The position numbers were made by a program, and so were the translations under genes. The notes below the pieces were generated by a model, which did no database searches, was not told where the DNA came from, and saw nothing but the letters and a program-made list of their open reading frames with translations. This document shows, piece after piece, positions 55,676-64,000 of a stretch of 64,000 nucleotides of DNA; the first letter of the stretch is position 1; the number at the start of each line of letters is the position of its first letter. This stretch comes from Promethearchaeati archaeon (GTDB lineage Archaea; Asgardarchaeota; Heimdallarchaeia; Heimdallarchaeales; Heimdallarchaeaceae), in contig JABLTJ010000007.1 of NCBI GenBank assembly GCA_013166775.1, positions 96,001 to 160,000 on the forward strand. Direction: 5' to 3'.

Positions 55676-56839
55676 ATGACTTATCTAGCAGATAGATTGG
55701 AGCATTTTCAAGAATCAGTAATCAGAGAAATGACAAGAAAAGCAATGGAAAATGATGCGATAAATCTTTCACAAGGTATGCCAGATTTTTCTCCTCCAGA
55801 TGAACTAACTCAGAGAATTACAGAAGCTCTAAAGGAAGAAGAACATCAATACACTGTGACATATGGCAATTTTGAATTAAGAGAAAAAATATCTGAAAAG
55901 CTTGCTTCTTTTAATCGTATCACTGCAGATCCAGAAAATGAAATAACTGTAACATGTGGTGCAAGTGAAGCAATTGCAAGCAGTATTCTTGCTTTAACAA
56001 ATCCAAGTGATGAAGTCTTAATACTTGAACCTTGGTATGAGAACTATGTACCTATCACTCTGTTATCACAAGGAAAACCAATTTTTGTTAGTTTACTATC
56101 AGACAATTTTAGCTTGAATGAGGAAGCTATCAAAGAGGAAATTACAGATAAAACAAAAATGATCATTATCAATACACCACATAATCCAACAGGTAAAGTA
56201 TTTTCATCTACAGAGCTCAACCTAATTTCAGATATCTGTCAGGATCAAGACTTGATTGCACTTACAGATGAAATTTATGAATACATAATATATGATGATG
56301 AGAAACACATCAGTCTTGGAAGTATCAGTGGAATGGAAGATAGAACAATCACAGTTTCGGGATTCAGCAAAACATTCTCAATTACAGGATGGAGATTAGG
56401 ATATGTTGCAGCTGAAAAGGAATTAATGGCTGGTGTTCGCAAAGTGCACGACTATCTTACAGTATGTGCTCCATCAATTCTCCAGAAGGCTGTAATGGAA
56501 TCTTTCAAACTCCAACAGACATATTTTGATAATTTGAAGGAAAGGTACAATACAAATAGAAATTTTCTTCTTAAAGAGCTGAAAGAACTTGGTTTCAATT
56601 CATTTAAACCTTCAGGGGCTTACTACCTTTTTGTAGATATTTCTTCCTTTGGTTTGAAAGATAAAGAGTTTGCAGATTTTCTTGTAAATAACAAAGGAGT
56701 AGCTATTGTTCCAGGTACCAGTTTTTATCAAAGAAGAGAAAATCAACCTAATCAAGGAGAGATATACGTAAGATTTTCTTATTCACAAAAGCTAGATACT
56801 TTAAGGGAAGCTATTAAGAGAATTAAAGATAGATTATAA
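55676..56839 (+). CDS. PLP-dependent class I/II aminotransferase
   Basis: INLSQGMPDF, NTPHNPTG, DEIYE, SKTFSITGWRLG. Confidence 0.93.
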   Translation: MTYLADRLEHFQESVIREMTRKAMENDAINLSQGMPDFSPPDELTQRITEALKEEEHQYTVTYGNFELREKISEKLASFNRITADPENEITVTCGASEAIASSILALTNPSDEVLILEPWYENYVPITLLSQGKPIFVSLLSDNFSLNEEAIKEEITDKTKMIIINTPHNPTGKVFSSTELNLISDICQDQDLIALTDEIYEYIIYDDEKHISLGSISGMEDRTITVSGFSKTFSITGWRLGYVAAEKELMAGVRKVHDYLTVCAPSILQKAVMESFKLQQTYFDNLKERYNTNRNFLLKELKELGFNSFKPSGAYYLFVDISSFGLKDKEFADFLVNNKGVAIVPGTSFYQRRENQPNQGEIYVRFSYSQKLDTLREAIKRIKDRL

Positions 56840-56902
56840 GAGATATAAAAAGGGAATCTTTTAATAAAAGCAAAAATTATTACATTGTTTGAGAGTATTT
56901 GA

Positions 56903-57943
56903 ATGAAAAAAAGAGTAGGATTTCCTAATGCTCTATTATTTTACAAATTCTCTATTCTGTGGACTACTTTTTTTCAAGAACTGGGTGCAGAGATAGTTAT
57001 TTCTCCAAAGACAAACAAAATAATCAAAGATTTAGGAGTTAAATTCGCTCCTGATGAGGATTGCTACTCAACTAAACTATATTTTGGGCACACTTTATAT
57101 TTGAAAGACAAAGTAGATTTTCTATTCATTCCACGAATAGGAAGTGATCATGAGGTTAATGTAGGATGTCCTAAATTCATTGCATTAGCTGAAGTACTTA
57201 AATCGATGTTCCCCGATCTTCCAAAAATAATTATGCCATTTTTCTCAATGGCTAAAAAAAACCATGGAAGATTCAAAATCCTTAGAATTATTTTTTCAAT
57301 AGGATTTAGATTCACTCTTAATCCTTTTAGAATTTTAATCGCAGGAAAAAGAGCTTTTGATGCTCAATCTAAATACGATGAGGAGCTGAAATTTTCTGAA
57401 GAAGAATTACATAAGTGGGAAAATTCAAAAATTTTTCTGCAAAATTTATCAATTCAAGAACAAAGAAAAACACCTTTGAGAATAGCTCTAGTAGGACATC
57501 CATATGTAATCAATGACGATTTTTCATCAGTAAATATCAAAAACTTGCTTCTATCTAGAGGTATAGATATAATAACTCCAGATCAAATGCCCAAAGCTCT
57601 AATCGAAAATCAAATGGAAAAATTGGACTATAATATGTATTTCAATTATGCAAGAGAAATTCTTGGAACTACAATGCATTTTATCGAAAATAATTCTATA
57701 GATGGTATTCTTCAGCTTATTATTTTCAGTTGTGGTCCTGATTCCCTAATTGGGGAAATGTCTGCGCGATATTCCTCAAGAAAACCTGGAACACCTTTAT
57801 TGCAATTAGTTTTAGATGAATTATCATCAGAGACAGGAGTTTTAACTAGAATTGAAGCATTTCTTGATATGATAGAAAGAAAAAATGAATTTAGGAGGAA
57901 TGAGGAAAATTGCCATTTACATTCCCTCATTTTGGATCATTAA
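56903..57943 (+). CDS. DUF2229 acyl-CoA dehydratase-activase-related Fe-S protein
   Basis: CYSTKLYFGH, CPKF, GHPY, FSCGPD, LDE....G..TRIEAF. Confidence 0.85.
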   Translation: MKKRVGFPNALLFYKFSILWTTFFQELGAEIVISPKTNKIIKDLGVKFAPDEDCYSTKLYFGHTLYLKDKVDFLFIPRIGSDHEVNVGCPKFIALAEVLKSMFPDLPKIIMPFFSMAKKNHGRFKILRIIFSIGFRFTLNPFRILIAGKRAFDAQSKYDEELKFSEEELHKWENSKIFLQNLSIQEQRKTPLRIALVGHPYVINDDFSSVNIKNLLLSRGIDIITPDQMPKALIENQMEKLDYNMYFNYAREILGTTMHFIENNSIDGILQLIIFSCGPDSLIGEMSARYSSRKPGTPLLQLVLDELSSETGVLTRIEAFLDMIERKNEFRRNEENCHLHSLILDH

Positions 57944-58986
57944 CTCACGTCTTTGAGGTTGTTATGAGAGAGGTTGGAAAAAATGACCTCCTCTTACCTA
58001 AGAAACCTAATAGAAGAACAGCTGAATTAGGAGCAAGATATTCTCCTGAATTTATATGTACTCCTTTTAAATTAACACTTGGTACATATATAGAAATGCT
58101 AGAAGAAGGTGCAGATGAATTAGGTAGTGGAAGCTGTCATTCTTGGTGTAGATTTGGTTATTATTGGCCTGTTCAGAAACTTATCCTTGAAGATCTTGGA
58201 TATGATTTCAAATTCATTTGTTTAGATTATCTAAGACCATATATTCTTCTCAGAACTTTGCAAAAAGAAATAGGAAATGGATGTAGTTTACAACGAGCTA
58301 TAAGAGCAGTTAGAATTGGCTGGATAAAAAATAGACTTACAGATCTGGTTGACGATTTGCTCTATAAATATAGAGTAATAGAGACTGAAAAAGGATTATC
58401 AGAAAAAATGGCTGAGACAGCTTTTAAAATTATTGTTGAAACAAAAAGATTACGAGATATAAAAAAACTAAGAAAGCAATTACCAGAATTTTTCAAGAAA
58501 AACATCGATGTTCAGAAGAGGGATAATCTGATAAAGGTAGGTATTTGTGGAGAGCTGTATGTAGTTTACGAAGCAGCTTTAAACTTAGATATTCATAAGA
58601 AATTGAATGAATTGGGGATAGTGGTTAAGAACACAGTCTCTTTACGTAGTTACTTAGATATGGGTCTTAAACTGAATCCATTTGTAAAATCACCTTATAA
58701 AACAGCAATCAAAGCTGCTAAGCCATATATTGAAAACAAGTGTGGAGGAGAAACATTGGAAAATGTTGGAGACATTGTTCTTTGTAAAAAACATGGTAGA
58801 GATGGAATGGTACATTTGTATCCATTTACGTGTATGCCTGAAATAATAACAAGAAGTTTTATACCGCAGATTAGTCAAGAATATAATTTACCCGTTCTAT
58901 CTCTTGTTCTGGATGAGCATACAGGGGAAGCTGGATTTTCTACCCGAATTGAAGCTTTTGCAGATATGCTAATAAGAAGAAAATGA
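57910..58986 (+). CDS. COG3581-type CoA-activase/2-hydroxyacyl-CoA dehydratase-related Fe-S protein
   Basis: GARYSPEFICTPFK, CRFGYY, GELY, PFTCMPE, LDEHTGEAG..TRIEAF. Confidence 0.85.
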   Translation: MPFTFPHFGSLTHVFEVVMREVGKNDLLLPKKPNRRTAELGARYSPEFICTPFKLTLGTYIEMLEEGADELGSGSCHSWCRFGYYWPVQKLILEDLGYDFKFICLDYLRPYILLRTLQKEIGNGCSLQRAIRAVRIGWIKNRLTDLVDDLLYKYRVIETEKGLSEKMAETAFKIIVETKRLRDIKKLRKQLPEFFKKNIDVQKRDNLIKVGICGELYVVYEAALNLDIHKKLNELGIVVKNTVSLRSYLDMGLKLNPFVKSPYKTAIKAAKPYIENKCGGETLENVGDIVLCKKHGRDGMVHLYPFTCMPEIITRSFIPQISQEYNLPVLSLVLDEHTGEAGFSTRIEAFADMLIRRK

Positions 58987-59011
58987 AAATAAAAAATGAA
59001 AAGAGGTAATA

Positions 59012-60388
59012 TTATCTCTTCTTTCTATAAATTGGTATAGCTATAAGTAAAGCAATGAATGCTATGAAAGCTCTGTATCCTGGTAAAGACCATGTAGGAT
59101 CATCTGAATTTTCAGTATTTTCTGTGAAATCAGTATTTATTTCACCATACTCATTAACGCTTGATTCATCTTCGTTTAGTGTTAATTGGAATTCTCCAAA
59201 ATTAGGTATTTCGTAATCGACTGTTAGAGCAATACCACTGACTATGTTTATTGCTATATCTACATCCATAATCACATAATTTTCATGCTCATCTCGCCAT
59301 TCACTGTATTCGATGTGCATATGTAAATTCATGTAATCTCCGCTGTAACTAATAGTTACATCACTTATACCTTCATCCATTACATCTCTAACATAATGAA
59401 TAGCCTCTGTAGTAAAGTAAGTTCCATTGTAAGCTGTAATTCCAAGTGGATTAACCATTGATTGGAATATTATCATTCCACCTCTGTTGAAATCTTCCCA
59501 AGGTTGAAGTTCGTTTTTGAAGTACATTTCCCAGAATGTAAGTTCAGGACCATAATAATCTGGTGGATTTGTTGGAAGGTCTGCTACGAATTTTAGTTTG
59601 AAAATATCTCCAAGAGATGCATTATGCCCACCAATTTCCATATAATTTGCAGGATCATAAAGATTGAACATTGTAAATTCCCAAGAGAGAATTATTCCTG
59701 AAACCAAACTAGAATACCAATCAAATGTATTTACTATAGTTACGCCATAATCATCGATAGATGATTCCCAAATATTCAGTTCTGCTGTAAAGTATTTTAG
59801 ATTATCAAGAATGTAGATTTCTTTGACGATTCCTGTGTCATTGTTAACTGTTATTGTAACTTCATCAAGGTAGCTAGAGTAAATTGAAGTTTTAATATAA
59901 TCTCCTTGGTCGATTGTAACTGCTGAAGTAATATTCACATCCTCTGAAGCTCTGTAGTCTAAGAATTCTTCAATTGTATATGGAAGACTATCAATTCTAA
60001 ATACTTCTGGTAAAATTAGGAATTGTAAAGCAAAATTAGGTTCTTCATGAGTTATATTCTTAAAAGGTACCTCGTCATAATCTACAAACAATTGAAGGAA
60101 ATTTGGAGGACCTCCTGCATTATAAACAGAGTCATAATCTGTTGGTATTGTATCATTTATTCTATATGAGACAGTGCTGCCTTCTCTTAATTCATGACCA
60201 CCCAGCGTAAAGTTATCTACTGATGGATTTACTAGATACATATCTGTAATTCTCCAAGAGATTTGAGTATCTATTGTTAAGCTTGAGTGCCACTGAAGTG
60301 TTAGAACTACTCCAGAAACAGATGTTAGTGAACTAGAAACCAACAGAGTTGATACTATAAGTATACTGTATAAAACTTTCTTTTTCAT
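59012..60388 (-). CDS. Surface protein with an internal duplication and a PG-TM-basic C-terminal anchor
   Basis: Signal peptide from ATG 60388; two repeats beginning W(H/Y)SSL....SW...GGH; tail LPGYRAFIAFIALLIAIPIYRKKR. Confidence 0.78.
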   Translation of the reverse strand: MKKKVLYSILIVSTLLVSSSLTSVSGVVLTLQWHSSLTIDTQISWRITDMYLVNPSVDNFTLGGHELREGSTVSYRINDTIPTDYDSVYNAGGPPNFLQLFVDYDEVPFKNITHEEPNFALQFLILPEVFRIDSLPYTIEEFLDYRASEDVNITSAVTIDQGDYIKTSIYSSYLDEVTITVNNDTGIVKEIYILDNLKYFTAELNIWESSIDDYGVTIVNTFDWYSSLVSGIILSWEFTMFNLYDPANYMEIGGHNASLGDIFKLKFVADLPTNPPDYYGPELTFWEMYFKNELQPWEDFNRGGMIIFQSMVNPLGITAYNGTYFTTEAIHYVRDVMDEGISDVTISYSGDYMNLHMHIEYSEWRDEHENYVIMDVDIAINIVSGIALTVDYEIPNFGEFQLTLNEDESSVNEYGEINTDFTENTENSDDPTWSLPGYRAFIAFIALLIAIPIYRKKR

Positions 60389-60476
60389 AATTTTGAACCC
60401 CCTAAGGTTAAAGACAAATATGCGATTTTTATATAATAAATCTGTTGCTAAATGCAAGAACCATATCTGGTGAGAT

Positions 60477-61499
60477 TTAAGGGTTGTTTTTTGAATATTT
60501 ATCTTCCAAATCCTTAAAAATTTTCAAACTTTTCTCAGAGAAAATAGGCTTAACTTCCTTATCTCTTCTAGCTGCTTCGTTGTATAACTCAAAGAAAGAA
60601 AACGGATTTCCAACTTCTCTTATCAGTTTATCAACCAAAGCGTTTTTTATTATTAATCTAGTCAAATAATATCCTAATGGATGCCCAGATAATGGAACAA
60701 TTCTCTTTAGATCCTTACTTATATTCCGTTTTTCTTTAGCTTCATCTAATAATTCTTGGAGTTTATTATCTAATTTTCTTATTATATCTGGAGATTCTTT
60801 CATGGATTTCTTATAACGTTCAATATATTCTTCAGGAAAAGGTGTTTTGATATTTCCATAAATAAAATATTCCTTATCTATATGATCTGCTATTCCCTCT
60901 GAATGTATTTGATCAATGAGTTGAACTATATTTCTTTCTTCTTCTTCAACTTCTTCCTTATTATAGCAAAGAATTTGATTTCTAAGATGATGAAATAATT
61001 CATGGGATACAATGGAAACAAAAGATTCCATGCTTTCTGTGAAACTTGCATCAACGATTATGTTATCATAACCTCTTGCATCAGTATCAAAGATTACAAT
61101 AGAAATTACAGGTTCAATCTCAAATTCATAATCAGGTAGAAATGATGTCGCTCTGCTCTCAATTGTTCCAGCTAATTTTTTCCAATTTTCTTTAATCTTA
61201 GCTATATTTTCTTCATATTCTTTTCGTCGTTTTTTTACTGTTTGATAATACCGAAGATACCTTCCAATTGAAGATTCAAGTTCACTTTCAAGTCTATCCT
61301 TTAAAGAAGGATCAAAACTCAGTGTAAAAGCTTTAACAAAGAATTCTTTGCTATATTCCTTTGAAACCAAAGATTTGTAACCTTTTGTCCCAAAGAGCTT
61401 ATTCCATTCTTTTTCTGATACACTTTTGCCTTCCTCGAGCTTCTCCATTATTTCCATGAAACATTCATAACCAGATGTATCCAATATTAGTGAAAGCAT
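60477..61499 (-). CDS. Putative Zn-dependent protease (DUF5700-like)
   Basis: HELFHH, downstream SEGIAD third ligand, GHPLGYY, NPFSFFELYN. Confidence 0.75.
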   Translation of the reverse strand: MLSLILDTSGYECFMEIMEKLEEGKSVSEKEWNKLFGTKGYKSLVSKEYSKEFFVKAFTLSFDPSLKDRLESELESSIGRYLRYYQTVKKRRKEYEENIAKIKENWKKLAGTIESRATSFLPDYEFEIEPVISIVIFDTDARGYDNIIVDASFTESMESFVSIVSHELFHHLRNQILCYNKEEVEEEERNIVQLIDQIHSEGIADHIDKEYFIYGNIKTPFPEEYIERYKKSMKESPDIIRKLDNKLQELLDEAKEKRNISKDLKRIVPLSGHPLGYYLTRLIIKNALVDKLIREVGNPFSFFELYNEAARRDKEVKPIFSEKSLKIFKDLEDKYSKNNP

Positions 61500-61538
61500 A
61501 GTAATCTCCTATTAGTATATCAATAGAACAAAAGAATA

Positions 61539-62639
61539 TTAATCTATCTTAATTTCCTTCGAAAACTGCTGAAATATGATTTCATACATCAATGTTGTAT
61601 ATTTTAGTAATTGACTGAAATGATAGATATTACTCTCAAAAAAGTTTTTGTATTTTTTCTTTTCATGTTTCTCTAAGGAAAGCTCTTCTAATTCAGATAG
61701 GAATTTAATCTTTAGAATATCTATAAGTTGGGAGAAGAAATGCTTAATTGTCTGAAATTTTAGAAAACCATAATTTTCTATTTTGATAAAAGGTTTATAG
61801 TATTTCTTTCTATCCTTAGCTCTCTTTATGATTTGAACTCTATTCAGTTTTACAAGAATAGATAGAACCTCAGAAACAGTTGACCTACTATAGCCTGTTA
61901 GTTCTATAATATGATCTTGAGTAGTAGGCAAATATTCCAAATAGAGTGATAAGAACACACTTATCAGATCTTTCCGTCCAGCATATGAACTAGTGAGATC
62001 TTGCATTGTAGTAAGAAATTCTTTCTTAATTTCCATGAATTTTGCATCAGAATATTTAGTTTTCGTACGTGTTCGACTTACAGAATCTTTTAATCTATTT
62101 CTATAACGATCAATGAAAACCTCAGATTTAAGATCATTGGAATTAAAATAATCTGCTAATTCATTCTTTGAATGTTCTATGAAAGTTTTGTAGTACTCTT
62201 GAGATAATAGCAAATATTCAAAGTAGTGTTTCACATGTACAATAGAAGCATTAGAAGGATCGAAAGCAACAAGTTTGTCAACTAAAATTTGCAGAAAATC
62301 AAAGTTAAAATTAGATATCTCAAAACTTGCTGTAAAGAATTTTTGAATATATTGCTCAAAACTTAGTGGACACTTATAGTATTTTTTTGAATTTGATGGC
62401 ATCTTTGTCTGTAAAACAGGATATTGGCTTTGTAAACCCATTAATTCATTTAGAGCTATTGAAACCTTGGATCTACTAAAACCGGTAATTTTCATGATTT
62501 GTTCTTGAGTTAGAGAATCTTGTTCCATTAGCAGAGTGAAAAGAACTCCCGTTTTATTAGGATCAAAACCTACTGTACTATAACTTTGAGTAACAAAATT
62601 TATGTAGTCTAATTTTAGTTGTTCCAAAGTCATAAACAT
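61539..62639 (-). CDS. Tandem GbsR/MarR-type wHTH transcription regulator
   Basis: Two repeats: LTQEQIMKITGFSRSKVS..L...KKYY and TTQDHIIELTGYSRSTVS..L...RKKYY. Confidence 0.8.
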   Translation of the reverse strand: MFMTLEQLKLDYINFVTQSYSTVGFDPNKTGVLFTLLMEQDSLTQEQIMKITGFSRSKVSIALNELMGLQSQYPVLQTKMPSNSKKYYKCPLSFEQYIQKFFTASFEISNFNFDFLQILVDKLVAFDPSNASIVHVKHYFEYLLLSQEYYKTFIEHSKNELADYFNSNDLKSEVFIDRYRNRLKDSVSRTRTKTKYSDAKFMEIKKEFLTTMQDLTSSYAGRKDLISVFLSLYLEYLPTTQDHIIELTGYSRSTVSEVLSILVKLNRVQIIKRAKDRKKYYKPFIKIENYGFLKFQTIKHFFSQLIDILKIKFLSELEELSLEKHEKKKYKNFFESNIYHFSQLLKYTTLMYEIIFQQFSKEIKID

Positions 62640-62788
62640 TCATCCATTTGCAATTCTTGTTAATTTTGTACTAATATAGCATGCACAATATCCAATATAA
62701 ATTTTTTGATTTTTCTGTATTTTTTGAATTTTCGGTTAATTTGAAAATATTTATAAATGTCTATTAAATTATCATCATACGAATACAA

Positions 62789-63718
62789 ATGTCAAACGAT
62801 GTTGTACTACAAGTAAGTAACTTAACCAAAATCTATGGTAAGAAGATAGATATTAAAATTAAAAAAGTAGGTAAAGAAATACTTGCTGTAAATAATGTAA
62901 GTTTTTCAGTAAAAAAAGGAGAAATTTTTGGATTCCTTGGACCTAACGGTGCAGGTAAAACAACAACAATGAGATCAATTTTGAATTATCTAAGAATCCA
63001 AGAAGGTTCGATTACCGTGTTTGGTCTTGATCATAACAAGGATTCTATAGAAATAAGAAAGAGACTTGGTTATATTCCTGGAGAACTGGGATTATATGAG
63101 GATTTTACTGGAGAAGAATTAGTAAAATATGTAGACAACTTTAGACCAATTAGTCAAGAATTCCTTAAGGAACTTAGAACTGTTTTTCGTGTAAGTTTTA
63201 CTCAAAAAATAAGATCGTTATCACATGGAAATAAACAACAAATTGGACTTATTCTTGCTTTAGCGTCTAAACCAGAGTTTCTGATTCTTGATGAACCAAG
63301 CATTGGTTTAGATCCACTGATGACTGCGAATTTTCACAAAATCTTGCGAAAGCTGAGAGAGGAAGGAATAACAATTTTCTTGAGTTCTCATGATCTATCT
63401 GAAGTTCAATCAATTTGTGATAGAGTGGGAATTATTAAGGAAGGGAAGATTATACTTATTGAGGAAATTGAAATTCTCAAGAGGAAATTTTTGCAGAATG
63501 TTAGAATTAAATTACCTTCTCCTCAAGCATTTGATGAAGAAGAAATAATGAAATTGGATTCAGTGATTTCTTGTGAAAGAGTAAATAACACAACACTTGT
63601 GTTAAAGGTGAAAGAAAATATTAGCGAGTTCCTCAATTGGATAAAAGACATAGATATCTTACGAATAACAATTGAGGATGCATCATTAGAAGAGATTTTC
63701 TTACATTATTATGAATAG
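62789..63718 (+). CDS. ABC-2 type exporter ATP-binding subunit
   Basis: GPNGAGKTT, LSHGN, ILDEP, SSH, SLEEIF. Confidence 0.92.
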   Translation: MSNDVVLQVSNLTKIYGKKIDIKIKKVGKEILAVNNVSFSVKKGEIFGFLGPNGAGKTTTMRSILNYLRIQEGSITVFGLDHNKDSIEIRKRLGYIPGELGLYEDFTGEELVKYVDNFRPISQEFLKELRTVFRVSFTQKIRSLSHGNKQQIGLILALASKPEFLILDEPSIGLDPLMTANFHKILRKLREEGITIFLSSHDLSEVQSICDRVGIIKEGKIILIEEIEILKRKFLQNVRIKLPSPQAFDEEEIMKLDSVISCERVNNTTLVLKVKENISEFLNWIKDIDILRITIEDASLEEIFLHYYE

Positions 63719-63729
63719 GAGGAAAGAAG

Positions 63730-64000
63730 ATGTTGAATGTATATTTCAAAGGACTAACAAAGAAATGGAAAAGCATTATCACACCAGCTCTAATAATAGG
63801 ATTGTATGTTATAATGATCGCTGGAATTTGGCCAGCTTTGAAGGACCAAGCAGAAGCATTCCAGTTTATACTTGATAATCCAATTTATCAATCTATTCTT
63901 GGTAATTTAGCAGGTTCCATGTTCACGACATGGGAAGGTGCTTTTTATCTCTATATTTTCGTTTGGCTAGAAATGGTTATAGTATTTATCACTATCTTCA
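63730..64000 (+). CDS. ABC-2 type permease (3' end runs off the window)
   Basis: GGAGG SD then ATG 63730: MLNVYFKGLTKKWKSIITPALIIGLYVIMIAGIWP...; directly follows the ATPase. Confidence 0.75.
   Translation, partial: MLNVYFKGLTKKWKSIITPALIIGLYVIMIAGIWPALKDQAEAFQFILDNPIYQSILGNLAGSMFTTWEGAFYLYIFVWLEMVIVFITIF

Noticed and set aside
1339-60669. Many short ORF-track entries antisense to or nested in larger genes (e.g. 1339..1662, 2236..2514, 14690..15055, 18598..18849, 31469..31804, 37741..38142, 45194..45478)
   Set aside because: They overlap well-supported genes and show no motifs; shadow ORFs
1-64000. CRISPR arrays, tRNA/rRNA genes, IS elements, integrases
   Set aside because: Intergenic gaps are short and AT-rich, with no spaced repeats, GC-rich structured RNA or transposase/recombinase motifs seen

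Overview
AT-rich, densely coding archaeal chromosomal segment. Archaeal origin is supported by a CDP-archaeol synthase (carS), an HTH-ThiN (ThiR-type) regulator, an archaemetzincin homologue, GGTGA Shine-Dalgarno motifs and BRE/TATA-like promoters. An Asgard (Heimdallarchaeia-like) source is my inference from gene style and C-terminal anchor motifs; it is not proven. I found no rRNA, tRNA, CRISPR array, integrase or transposase. Main contents: NAD-dependent DNA ligase with a nearby NMN deamidase (CinA/PncC); a radical SAM-SPASM enzyme; two orphan N6-adenine DNA methyltransferases, each near one member of a pair of paralogous, uncharacterised 570/607-aa membrane proteins; a DUF134-NifX-NifX-P-loop ATPase operon with tandem palindromic operators; a bacterial-type RNase III; a thiamine locus (ThiR-ThiB-ThiP-ThiQ plus an APH/choline-kinase-fold candidate thiamine kinase); TldD/PmbA; FeoAB with an unannotated Cys-rich small ORF; and a pair of DUF2229/COG3581 Fe-S reductase-like genes (PlsA/PlsR/Ger-related) 3 kb from carS. 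There are also several pseudo-enzymes and decayed genes. All family assignments come from motif recognition by eye; no database searches were run.
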